Shown here: positions 1 to 11,346 of the stretch, one piece after another
How the letters are laid out: the number at the start of each line of letters is the position of its first letter
Numbering within the stretch: position 1 is the first letter of the stretch
Assembly (NCBI RefSeq): GCF_006345805.1
Contig: NC_042999.1
Location: 67,208,001-67,272,000, forward strand
Reading direction: 5' to 3'
Length of the DNA stretch: 64,000 nucleotides
Source of the DNA: Octopus sinensis
Lineage: Eukaryota
Made by a program: the position numbers and the translations under genes
Notes under the pieces: generated by a model
Databases searched by the model: none
The model's input: the letters and a program-made list of their open reading frames with translations, nothing else
Told to the model about the DNA's origin: nothing

Positions 1-282
1 TTGTGATTGAATTTGGGAGGTGGGGGTTCCTGTCGTATGTGTACATGTATATGAAAGTACGTGTACCTCCTAACAGATATGAGGGGCCCCTTTGTTTTCT
101 CTTTTACTCAGTGAGGAGGGTTAGCGTTAGGGTCCGCATAGCCATTACATATCTAAAAATTCCTCTCGTATTTTTGTGGTTAAATATTATTAGAAATTGT
201 ATAAAAAAGGTGTTTAAATATTTTGAGCACTGAAGAAATACAACCAGTTTATTGCACATAAATTTTAACAACAAAATCTTAT

Positions 283-790
283 ATGTACATTATTTACATT
301 CAATGGATATTTGTCCTCATCTTTGTTGTTAACATTTCGGCTGATATACCCTCCAGCCTTCTTCAGGTGTCTTGGGGAAATTTCAAACCTGGGTTCTCGT
401 TCCTAAGGTATTTTTCGATGTTATCATCATCATTATTATTATTATTATTGTTAGTATTCAGGTCCCTGCTTGGAATCAAACTCAGAATCTTGGGGTTAGT
501 AGCCTGCACTCTTAACCACTATGCCATATGCCTGTGGGCATTTGGCATAGTGGTTCGATTCCAAGCAGTGACCTGAACACTAACAAAAATAATAATAATA
601 ATATTAATAATAACATCGAAAAGTATCTTAGGAATGAGAACCCAGGTTCGAAATTTCCCCAAGACACCTGAAGAAGGCTGGAGGGTATATCAGCCGAAAT
701 GTTGTGTTAACAACAAACAAGATGAGGACAAATATCTGTCAAATATAAATAATGTAAATAATTTCTCATCTCTTAAATATAGAACTGTAA
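283..790. mobile_element. Head-to-head dimer of a tRNA-headed element with a Penelope-type hammerhead-like tail
   Basis: Palindromic around about 535. A box TGGCATAGTGG, B box GGTTCGATTCC, then CTGAAGA-A-GGCTG...CAGCC-GAAA in each arm. Confidence 0.7.
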
Positions 791-1118
791 AATCTTATAT
801 GGCCCATCAAGGGCCATGCGGACCTCAGTTGCGAACCACTGATCTAGATAGTCAGGCTGCTGCTGGAAAAATAACTTGTAATCAATGTGGTATGACTTGG
901 AAATCCCTTGCAAGCTTTAAGAGCCAGATGAGACATCATGTGTGATAAGGAAACCAACAAAGAACAAAGCGTTTCTTAGAATGAATTGAGTTTAAGAGGT
1001 GGACTTATTTGGTCACAAGTTGACCTCCACCGCATGTGTGTGTGTGTGTGTGTATTTGGGTATTTCTATCTACTTACAAATGAAACAAACAAGATACTAA
1101 TAAATAATGCACACTTAC

Positions 1119-1235
1119 TGCCATCTTTTCTCCAATGACACATTTCTGCTTGTCGCCGAGTTCTTCAGAAAACATGATGAGGTCATGCAGCTGGCAGACA
1201 ATTTGCAAACCGGAATGGCCATTACAGATAATCTC
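1119..1235 (-). CDS. RFC4: RFC4 coding exon (EIICNGHSGLQIVCQLHD...DKQKCVIGEKMA); gene continues beyond the left edge of the window
   Basis: 117 nt, CAG/GTAAGT boundaries, GH..Q...QLHD and DKQK motifs of the RFC C-terminal domain. No final DGADE exon found in 1-1118. Confidence 0.9.
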
Positions 1236-1862
1236 CTGCGTAAATTAACAGTGAGTATTATATTGCTTACTTGGTTCATGATGAAGGTGGTGGTGGTGAT
1301 GATGGTGATGATGATGAAGATGATGATGAGGTTGCATGTAGATGAGGATAAACTTAAATTTGAGAAGCAACAAAATGAACAATTGGTAGCATAAAAGAAG
1401 ATGAGAATTATTTCTAATTTAGGCACAAGACTAGCAATTTTGAGGAGAAGGACCAAGTGGATTACACTGACTTAAGTACTTGACTAGTACTTTATTTTAT
1501 TGACCATGAAAGGATAAAAGTCAAAGTTGATCGTGGCAATATTTGAACACAGAATGTAAAGAACCAGAAGAATTACAGGTTGTCATTGACTTATGACCAA
1601 TTGACTTTATGACAATTGGTGCGCCAGCAATACTAAACACTCCAGTTGAAATCTAATGGGTTTAATTTCTTAGAAATCAATCTGTCTACGGATGATGTCA
1701 GCTAACAAACGCTTCTCCTAGGTTTAGTTATCAATCACCACTGTGCTTATTCCGAGTGCTGGATGAATATCCTGTTGGGAGACATTGAGGCAGCCTCATA
1801 TTTGTTAATAAGATGACTGTTTGAGACTCTGACATTTTTTGACTAATGCCAGTATAATAGTA

Positions 1863-2087
1863 TTGGGTCGTCCAGAAAGTTCGTGCCGATTTTTAAAGGA
1901 AAGAAAAAGGTCAATAAATACTTGCCATTACATTTTTAATCAACCAAATATGAACCATTTTGAAGCACAATGCGTCTCCATCTTTCCTTTAACTTGAAAA
2001 TACCTTCTTCCCAGAATTAAGGTGCCTGGGATGGTAAGTCGAAAGGTAAGTTACTATAAATTGGCACGAACTTTCCGGACAACCCAA
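1863..2087. mobile_element. Mariner-derived MITE
   Basis: About 30-bp TIRs TTGGGT(C/T)GTCC(A/G)GAAAGTTCGTGCC, TA duplication at both ends. Confidence 0.85.
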
Positions 2088-3117
2088 TATAATACAGAAT
2101 GCTGTGAGTAACTTTTACCTGAGAATGTACCTTAAGAATGTAAAAATATAGAACAAAGTCACGTAGGACTACAGGCCGACTTACGACCAGTCAGTCGGAA
2201 CCAATTGTGGTCGTAAGTCAACGATGACCTGTACAGCTCAGTATTTTGTCTGAAATACTAATGATTCTGTAAGCTCACCACCTTAATAATTCTTTCTACT
2301 GAAGACATAAAACCTGGAATCATTCATTATATCAGCCACTTTGCTCAACTAGTACCCATTTTATTGATCCTAAAAGGATAAAAGACAAAGTTGACTTCAG
2401 CAGAATTTGAACTCAGTATGTAAAGCTAGAAGAAATTAAGAAATTCCGCAAAGCACTTCAATAATAATAACAATTCTTCCAAATTTTGGCATAAGGCCAG
2501 CTAGTTTGAAGAGATGGACAAGTCAGTTACATCAACCCAGTACAGGACTGGTACTCATTATTTTATCAACCTCCAAAGGATGAAAGTCAAGGCTGACTTC
2601 AACAGAATTTGAAAACAGAACATTAAGAGCTGGAAGAAAAGCCGCACAACATTTTGTCCAGTATGTTAATGGATTCAACTAGCACACCTACTTAGTAATA
2701 ATAATAACCCCTTTTCTACTAAAGACTTTAAGGCATGAAAATTTGGTAGTGGTGGCCAAGTCAGTTACATCACCCCCAGTACTTATCTGGTGCTTAATTT
2801 ATCAACCTCAAAAGGATGAAAGGCAAAGTCAACCTCAGTGGATAGTCAATTACATTGACTCCAGCACATCTCTGGTACTTCATTTTACCAACCTCAAATG
2901 AATGGAAAGCAAAGTTGTCTCAGCGGTACCTGAATGCAGAATGTAGGGTGTTGGAAGATAGAAGAATGCTGCTAAGCATTTTGTCCGACGCTCAAACAAT
3001 TCTATTATGTGTTATTGGCAGTATGGCTTGCTCTGTTTATTAAAACACTGAATGGTCATTTAGTTAGCTGAATAATGAGTAGGAATACACATTGTAAATT
3101 CAACTCTCAGTTTATAA

Positions 3118-3648
3118 AGTTGTCGGCTGTCAATCTACTCCTCATTTCAAGCATTGAATGACAATATAAGTCTTCAAAAAGACAGTTGCTCCCATAAATA
3201 CCAAAATAAAATTTGGGATTTATGGAGGTTCAAAGTTGGGAACAAAAACAGGACAGTGGAGACATACAAGGAAACCAAATGAAAACAAACATGGAGGGTC
3301 GTTAGACCAGAACGAGGGTAAAATAGCAAACACTGGAGAAATATTTTCTTTGAAAAGAGAAAAGGCAGAAAAGAAGGACAAGGTGCATTTTATCTCTCTT
3401 CTATCTTTTCTCTTTGCAAAGAAAATATTTTTCCAGCGTATGCTATTTTACCCTCATTCTGGTCTAACGACCTTCCATGTTTATTTCATTTGGTTTCCTT
3501 GTATGTCTCCACTGTCCTGTTTTTGTTCCCAACTTTGACCATCCATAAATCCAAAATTATATTTTGGTATTTATAGGAGCAACTGTCTTCGAAGACTCAT
3601 ATTGTCGCTCAGTGCTCGAAATGAGAAGTATTTAGACAGCTGACAACT
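3118..3648. repeat. Large foldback (arms of about 250 bp)
   Basis: 3118-3370 is the reverse complement of about 3400-3648 with scattered mismatches. Confidence 0.85.
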
Positions 3649-3870
3649 GATGAAGGGTTATTCTTTGTATTACTTGTCCTATTTTCCATTTGTTTCTCTT
3701 GTTGTTTGCATATTTCATGCTGTTTACTGTTGGTGACATCCTGTACCCATATATGCATATGTATTATATATATGTGTGTGTATGTATATATTATTATTTG
3801 ATTGAATGCCACTCATCCATTTCCAAGTAAGTTTATTGTGTGTGTGTTTGTGTGTGCGTGTATTGCTTAC

Positions 3871-3951
3871 CTTTAATGCTAAGTTAAGTTTATCATATGA
3901 ATCTGAGTGGCAGACATCGAGTATGTTGCGGATAACATCTTCTGGAACAAT
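3871..3951 (-). CDS. RFC4: RFC4 coding exon (IVPEDVIRNILDVCHSDSYDKLNLALK)
   Basis: 81 nt, CAG/GTAAGC boundaries, aligns by eye to the RFC4 collar domain start. Confidence 0.9.
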
Positions 3952-4904
3952 CTGAAAAAAAATCAAGAACATAATAAAAATGGATTCAAATTTTGGCACA
4001 AGCCTAGCAATTTTGGGGGAAGACGATAAGTCAATTATGGCAACAACATTGCTCAAATGATAGTTATTTTACTGACGATGCAGAGTTGACATGGCAGTAT
4101 TTGAGCCACAAGAAATTCCACAAAGCATTCTGACTGATGCACCACTTTACCATAATAATAACAAGAGTGCTCAGAGAGCACAAACCTACACCAAGGCAAC
4201 AACAATGTCCTCTCAACGATTAGCTGGAAATGATTTCTAAAAGGAGAATATCGACTGCTGTCACAAATGAGAATACTATAAATGAACCTGACCGCTCTCA
4301 AAAATTAAGTAAAAAAACCCAGAAAAATAATCCTGAATCCTTGTCCGGTACCGGATCAATCCCAAAATTTTGACTTATTGAATACAGTTCCTTCTATCAC
4401 CTGAAACTACTTATTTTTGAAGCGGCTAAACTATTTTACAGAAGCCTTTAGTCAGTAAAACAGCAAATCTGCTGTTTGTAAGGTAAATATATTATTTTCC
4501 AATTAAATACTTGTTGATATGCAGCAATTTCGAAATTTACAAAACAAATGAAAAAAGTCATGCAAACATTCTTTATTGCAATTAAAAATTCACCTGTACT
4601 TCTCATTTACCACTTTGTTTATGTACAACTAAGTTTTGGCCAAGATATTTCACTGCAATTTTATGTTTATAAAGAAGACAAAATTATTAAACAAGAAACA
4701 AATTCCCTTTGAAATTCATAGTCTGTTACAAATATAGCCAACATATAGACATATATTCACAAATGTGAGAGTTTATTGAGTTTAACTGATGCGTTAGAAA
4801 CAGCAGCCAAATTTTCTTGTCAGAAAGACACATTATGATGTGACAAATGATTATGTAGAGGCTTCCTTGTTGACTCATTAGCCTTTTAATATTTAAATTG
4901 GCCA

Positions 4905-5270
4905 TCATCATCGTTTAACATCCGCCATCCATGCTAGCATTGGTTGGATAATTTTGACTGTGGGCTGGTGAACCAGACGGCCGCACAAGGCTCCAATCTT
5001 GATCTGGCAGAATTTCTACAGCTGGATGCCCTTCCTAACGCCAACCACTCCGAGGGAGTAGTGGGTGCTTTTTACATGCCACCGGCACGGTGTCAGTCAG
5101 GCGGTACTGACAATGATCTCACTCGAATCTTTTTACACATACCACCGGCACAGGTGCCAGTAAGGTGACGTTAGTAACGATCACGCTTGAATGGTGCCCT
5201 TTTATGTGCCATCGGCACGGAGCCAGTTGGCTGCTCTGGCAACGATCACGCTCAGATGGTGCTTTTGGCA
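4905..5270 (-). mobile_element. RTE 3' end fragment
   Basis: CATCATCATCGTTTAAC tail and GGATGCCCTTCCTAACGCCAACCACTCC core. Confidence 0.8.
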
Positions 5271-5375
5271 CCCTACTAGCATGGCCATATCCAGTCCAAA
5301 TATTAAACCTGTTTTATTTTCAAACCAGCCAGATCTGGCCTCTAACATCTACCCCACAATGTCATTCTAAAAATA

Positions 5376-5936
5376 TTGGGTTGTCTGGAAAGTTCTTGCC
5401 GATTTTTAAAGGAAAGAAAAAGGTCAATAAATACTTGCCATTACATTTTTAATCAACTAAATATGAACCATTTTGCTGCACAATGCATCTCCATCTTTCC
5501 TTTAACTTGAAAATACCCTCTTCCCAGAATTGAGGTGGTTTCATGGCAAAGAATTCATCAAGGTATCTTTTTACATCATCCAAGAAATTGAAATTTTTAC
5601 CGTTAAGACTATTCTACAGAGACCTGAATAAGTGGAAATCCGAAGGAGCAATATCTGGTGAATATGGAGGGTGGGGTAACACATCCCAGTAGAGCTGCAG
5701 CAATTTTTGTCTGGTTCCCAAAGCATCAAGTGCCAAAAATGAACTTACCTTCCATTTTAAAGGGTTACAGAATTAACACAGGTTATAGGAACATAAATCT
5801 TCTTCCATGAAAAGATAGCTTAAACTGTGCTCAAATGGAGGTGTAGTCAAATCCTATTTTATAGACTCAACCATGTTCTAAAATAAGTCGAAAGGTAAGC
5901 TACCATAAATCGGCACAAACTTTCCAGACAACCCAA
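5376..5936 (-). mobile_element. Internally deleted mariner, same TIRs
   Basis: TA TSD. The minus strand encodes WDVLPHPPYSPDIAPSDFHLFRSL...WRCIVQQNGSYLVD* (YSPDLAPSD motif). Confidence 0.9.
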
Positions 5937-6136
5937 TATACAACTGCTGTATGATTAAAATTTTGAAGCTATGAGATAATACATGATCAATTCAAAACAA
6001 TGGGAATAAATAAGCATCACATTTGGCAGAGAAATTTGAACGATAAAGGGTTAAATACATACTAAAACAACAACAGCAACAATATGGCAAGATTTGAAAG
6101 AGATAAAAAGATGAAGAAATGGAAATGATAACTTAC

Positions 6137-6457
6137 TCCAGCCACTTCCAGAATGTCTTGCTTGGTGATCTGTTCCTCTCCTTTTAATCGTGACACACTC
6201 TGAAGAAGTGTAATAGCACGTCTTAAATCTCCTTCAGATACCTGTATTAATGCTTGCAAAGCATCTTCTTTACAGACCACTTGTTCTTTCTTAGATATGT
6301 CTTGTAATCGTTTCAACAATATTTCTAAAGTGAGAGGTTTGAAGCGGAACTTGGCACACCGGGAAGTGATTGGATCAATAATTCTGCTCACATAGTTACA
6401 GATCAAACAAAACCGGGTGGTTTTTGATTCTTTCTCCATGGTTCGTCGCAATGCCGT
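6137..6457 (-). CDS. RFC4: RFC4 coding exon ([22 protein letters not shown]...SRCAKFRF...[12 protein letters not shown]...EVAG)
   Basis: 321 nt, phase 0 at both ends. SRC arginine-finger and GDLR sensor-2 motifs. Overlaps ORF 6062..6451. Confidence 0.97.
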
Positions 6458-6529
6458 CTAGGAACACAAATAGAAATTAAACAAAATAATAAAGGAGTTG
6501 CTGATATTAACACTATGTTCATCTTCATC

Positions 6530-7172
6530 ATCATTAGCATGTAAAAAGCACCATGCGAACGTAGTTGATGCCAGCGTCCCCTGACAGGCTCCTGAGCCGG
6601 TGGCACGTAAAAAGCACCATCCAAATGTGGTCGAAGCCAGTACCCACTGACTGGTTCCTGTGCCGGTGGCACATAAAAAGCACCATCCAAATGTGGTTGA
6701 AACCAGTACCCACTGACTGGTTCCTGTGCCGGTGGCACATAAAAAGCACCATCCAAATGTGGTCGAAACCAGTACCCACTGACTGGTTCCTGTGCCGGTG
6801 GCACGTAAAAAGCACCATCCAAATGTGGTCGAAGCCAGTACCCACTGACCGGCTCCTGTGCCGGTGGCACATTAAAAGCACCATACAAATGTGGTCAAAG
6901 CCAGTACCCACTCACAGGCTCCTGTGCTGATGGCACATAAAAAGCACTATCCAAACATGGTTGATGCTAGAATGCCCTGACTGGCACCCGTGCAGGTAGC
7001 ACATAAAAGCAACCACTACACTCTCGGAGTGGTTGGCATTAGGAAGGATATCCAGCTGTAGAAACTTTGCCAGATAAGATCGGAGCCTGGTGCACCCTAC
7101 TGGCATGCCAGTCCTCAATCAAACCATCCAACCCATACCAGCATGGAAAATGGATGTTAAACGATAATGATA
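6530..7172 (+). mobile_element. RTE 3' end with a 66-bp module amplified about 6 times
   Basis: TGGCAC at 6601, 6667, 6733, 6799, 6865 and 6931, followed by the standard RTE 3' end and GAT-like tail. Confidence 0.85.
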
Positions 7173-7394
7173 ATGCTCCAAGCTTGCATGGGTTAGATGG
7201 AATTTACTGAGGCAGATTTTCTGTGACCAAATGTCCTTCCTGTTACCAACCCTCAGCTATTTTCAAGCAAGGTAATATTTTCCTAAGTCTGGACAGTTTC
7301 CATGGAAGATTGGAAAGGAATAACACTGACTGCATGACAATGATACACATTTCCAACCATCTTGTGATGTCAAGACCAGAAGGCACAAACACAT

Positions 7395-7793
7395 GCACAG
7401 GAGTGGCTGTGTGGTAAGTAGCTTGCTTACCAACCACATGGTTTCGGGTTCAGTCCTACTGCATGGCACCTTGAGCAAGTGTCTTCTACTATATCCTCGG
7501 GCCGACCAAAGCCTTGTGAATGGATTTGGTAGGCAGAAACTGAATGAAGCCCATCGTATATATGTATATGTGTATATATATATGCATGTGTTTGTGTGTC
7601 TGTGTTTGTCCCCCCAACATTGCTTGACAACCGATGCTGGTGTGTTTACGTCCCCGTAACTTAGCGGTTCGGCAAAAGAGACCGATAGAATAAGTACTAG
7701 GCTTACAAAGAATAATTCCCCTGGAGTTGATTAGCTCGACTAAAGGCAGTGCTCCAGCATGGCTGCAGTCAAATGACTGAAACAAGTAAAAGA
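7395..7793 (+). mobile_element. tRNA-headed SINE (family A)
   Basis: GGAGTGGCTGTGTGGTAAG head, GGTTCAGTCC B-box-like, TA/TG linker, GTAAAAGA tail. Confidence 0.85.
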
Positions 7794-7940
7794 ATATATG
7801 ATGGGCTTAAAGCCGTTAGTCAGCCTGGGGCTATAACAGACTACACTTGCACAAGGTATGCAGTAGGACTCAGCCCACAATCTTGTGGTTAGGAAGCAAA
7901 CTTCTTAGTCACACAGGAATTACTTGTGTCTATGAGTTTC

Positions 7941-8152
7941 TATTCTTTTATGTGTTTCAATCATTTGACTGCAGCCATGCTGGAGCACCACCTTTAGTCA
8001 AACAAATTGACCCCAGGACTTCTTTGTAAACCTAGTACTTATTCTATTGGTCTTTTTTGCCGAACCGCTAAATTATGGGGATGTAAACACACCAACATTG
8101 GTTGTCAAGCGATGGTGGCAGGTGGGAGGGGGGAACAAACACAGACACACAA

Positions 8153-8204
<52 letters not shown>

Positions 8205-8411
8205 GTCTTCATCTTTTGTTTTTCTGTAAATTCCAACTATATATATCTGTGTGTGTACGACAGGCTTCTTTCAGTTTCCGTCTATTATATCCACTCACAA
8301 GGCTTTGGTTGGTCTGAGGCTATAGTAGAAGACACTTGCCCAAGGCACCACGCAGTGGGACTGAACCCAGAACCATGTGGTTGGGAAGCAAGCTTCTTAC
8401 CACACAGCCAC
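7941..8411 (-). mobile_element. tRNA-headed SINE (family A), inverted relative to 7395-7793
   Basis: Reverse-complement match along the full length. Confidence 0.85.
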
Positions 8412-8929
8412 AGGGCCAGCAATTCAGGGTAGAATTCTGTAAAGTTTGGGCAGACTGCACACTTCAACATATGTTAAGTGAAGCCGACAATGCAGGAGGA
8501 TGAAAAACAAAATTAACTTCAGTGCATGTTTGTGTCTCCTTGTCTTGATGCTGTGTATGAACTGTAAACAATCATGACTGTCATGTAAGTGGTGTTGTTC
8601 ATTTGCTATCTGCCATGAAAACATGCCTGACCATAGGTAACAGGAAAAGTATCTGGCCATAGAAAATCTACTGCAACGAATTACACCTGAGCCAACCAAC
8701 CGTGAAAAATTGGATGCTAAGATGATGATGATGATGATAATGAAAAATATGTAATATATTTAAGCGTTTGGCATAAGAGAAGTATCAAACAGTGAAAAGA
8801 TATATTTCATGTAAATATTTAAATTTGAAGAAATATGAAACCTACATAAGATTTGAAAAAGACATCCAAAGAAATTTTTTTGTTTGGACTAAACTAAAAA
8901 TGTCAAGAGCAAAATGGAAAAAATCTCAC

Positions 8930-8999
8930 CTGAGCTGCTAGTGTCATAGAGTCAGCTTCATCTAAGATGATTATCTTAAAAGGAGGACAAGGTTTTCCA
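8930..8999 (-). CDS. RFC4: RFC4 coding exon with Walker B ([23 protein letters not shown])
   Basis: 70 nt, TAG/GTGAG boundaries, DEAD Walker B. The KPCPPFK segment is characteristic of RFC4 among RFC subunits. Confidence 0.96.
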
Positions 9000-9072
9000 C
9001 TAAAGAAAAATAAAACAAATGATTCAAGATAATAAACTCTGTGATAGGTGTATGTGTGTGTATACACACACA

Positions 9073-9406
9073 CTAGCAAGGCATCCTGGCATTGCCCAGG
9101 TGTTATGGCCTACAGCCACATTGTATTATTTGTTTCTTTCTGTTGGGCAGAATCGGCACACGAGGTGTGTAAAGCAAAAACATTTAGAATGACAGCTTAG
9201 ACTAGAATGAAATCTTAACATTGCCCCCAAAATGATCTAGACTTATGCAGGAGTGGCTGTGTGGTAAGTAGCTTGCTTACCAACCACATGGTTCCAGGTT
9301 CAGTCCCACTGTGTGGCACCTTGGGCAAGTGTCTTCTGCTATAGCCCCGGGCTGACCAATACCTTGTGAGTGGATTTGGTAGACGGAAACTAAAAGAAGC
9401 CTGTCG

Positions 9407-9443
<37 letters not shown>

Positions 9444-10985
9444 CTGTGTTTGTCCCCCTAGCATTGCTTGACAACCAATGCTGGTGTGTTTACATCCCCG
9501 TCACTTAGCGGTTCGGCAAAAGAGACTGATAGAATAAGTACTGGGCTTACAAAGAATAAGTCCCGGGGTCGATTTGCTCGACTAAAGGCAGTGCTCCAGC
9601 ATGGCTGCAGTTAAGTGACTGACACAAGTAAAAGAGTAAAGAGTATATAACGAATTGGATGATGTGTGAGGATGTACAGGTATCCGTATTGCAGAAAGTA
9701 AGGTACACGGAAAGAAAGCTGCTTCATTGTAAAAAGCATCATCTCTGTAAATGTTTGGGCAGACTGCACACTTCAACATATGTTAAGTGAAGCCGACAAT
9801 GCTTCTGGGTAAACTATGTTTTACGTAAGTCCAGTACTGGTAGAATAAATATACAAGTCATCTGCACTGCTAACTCGAGAGCATGCGGTATATAGTTGTC
9901 CAGGAGAAAAGCAGGGTATTTGTAAATTGAGACCCCCAATTTTTAAAGTTTGACCATGGGTTTTGTTGATTATCATAGCAATGCACAACTGCATTGGGAA
10001 CTGAAGGTGCTTAAATTGAAGTGGCACATTTGAGGGAATAAGGGGCATGCATGGAATGTATTCAATCTCTCCTCGATGGCAGTTGGCAATAATGGTTGCT
10101 TCAAGGACATGACTTGTCATTGCAGTTACAGTCAATTTTGTACCATTGCATAGTCATGGTGGATCCAAATTCCTCAAGAGCATGATAGGTGCACCTTTCT
10201 TTAGGAACAATTTATGTAGTGGCAGTCCTGTGGGTTGTATTGAGTTGAGAACTTCAACTGGATACCCAACTGTGGCATGTTTGTCAATGGTAGTATCAGT
10301 GGAGACAAACCTTGAAGCATCTCCAGGTAGAATGTAGAGGAGTTCACGGATTACTTTATCAATGCTTCCATTTCATGGTGCTACAATAGCTCTCTCTGCA
10401 AACCATGCAGTTTTTGAATTTGTCTTGCAATGTGGGAAATACCTTTTCGTTAAGCTCAGCCAATGTAGACACCATGTGCCCACATTCTATTCTATTCTAC
10501 TCAAGGCACAAGGCCCACAGATTTTTGGGGAGCGGGGGGACAGTCAATTAGAGTGATCCCAGTTTGCAAAAGGATGAAAGGCAAAATTGACCATGGCAGA
10601 ATTTGAACTCAGAATGTAAAGACCATGTGACCACATTGCAGTACATGCTATTGCAGGGTGTTATTCAATGGTAAGGCATTATTTCCAATTTGTAGAAGTT
10701 CACAAGAGAATTCTTCGGGTAAGGAGCCATTGTAGAGATGAGCTCGCTTTTTCTTGCTTAATGAAAGCTGACAAACAACCCTTCACAGAGGTAAAGACTT
10801 CAGACACGCATAGATCTCGTCAGCTTGTGTACCCCATAGTATAACTGGCAATATTTGACGGAAATCCCCTGCAAGGACAACAGTTAAGCCCCGCCATAAT
10901 GGCTGTATTGTTTCCCTTAGTGACCTATCTAGGGCTTCTAGTCCACTATGGTGTGCCATTGTGCATTCATCCCAGACAATAAGTG
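9073..10985 (-). mobile_element. Degenerate Helitron (Pif1-like helicase fragments plus 3' terminus), interrupted by SINEs
   Basis: LIVWDECTM...VLAGDFRQILPV (about 10850-10985) and QFP...INKTHGQTL...CFSPGQLYTACSRV (9821-10135). Hairpin CCTGGGCAATGCCAGG then CTAG|T at 9073-9100. Confidence 0.85.
9247..9645 (+). mobile_element. tRNA-headed SINE (family A) inside the Helitron
   Basis: Full head-to-tail match. Confidence 0.85.
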
Positions 10986-11346
10986 TAGTAAGTAGCTTGT
11001 TCCCGACCACATGGTTCTGGGTTCAGTCCCACTCTGTGGCACCTTGGGCAAGTGTCTTCTATAGCCTCGGGCTGACCAAAGCTTTGTGAGTGGATTTGGT
11101 AGACGGAAACTAAAAGAAACCCATTGTATATATATATATGTTTGTGCATCTGTGTTTGTCCACCCACCATCACTTGACAACTGAAGTTGGTGTGTTTATG
11201 TCCCCGTAACTTAGCAGTTCAGCAAAGAAGACCACACACTTCTTTGTAGATGTAGCCGATGTTACTGGGGCTTGGCTGGAAAGTTTTGCTTCAACTTCCA
11301 GGTTCACCTGACTTTTGCACCTTCAGATTTCCACCTGTTTCAGTCA

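Noticed and set aside
118-132. GGGTTAGCGTTAGGG telomere-like motif
   Set aside because: Only two degenerate units; not an interstitial telomeric array.
1-1118. Search for the final RFC4 exon (DGADE-type motif)
   Set aside because: Not found; it must lie beyond the left edge.
1107-1456. Met/Val-rich and Ile/Thr-rich ORFs
   Set aside because: They are the antisense or off-frame reading of an RFC4 exon plus an (ATG/GTG)n microsatellite.
3648-3700. CTGATGAAGG at the outer end of the large foldback
   Set aside because: No stem II plus GAAA follows within a plausible distance.
6595-6935. CRISPR-like repeat-spacer look of the GTGCCGGTGGCAC...AAAAAGCACC arrays (also 26.5 kb and 52.5 kb)
   Set aside because: The spacers are copies of each other, the unit is part of the LINE 3'UTR, the DNA is eukaryotic and no cas genes are present.
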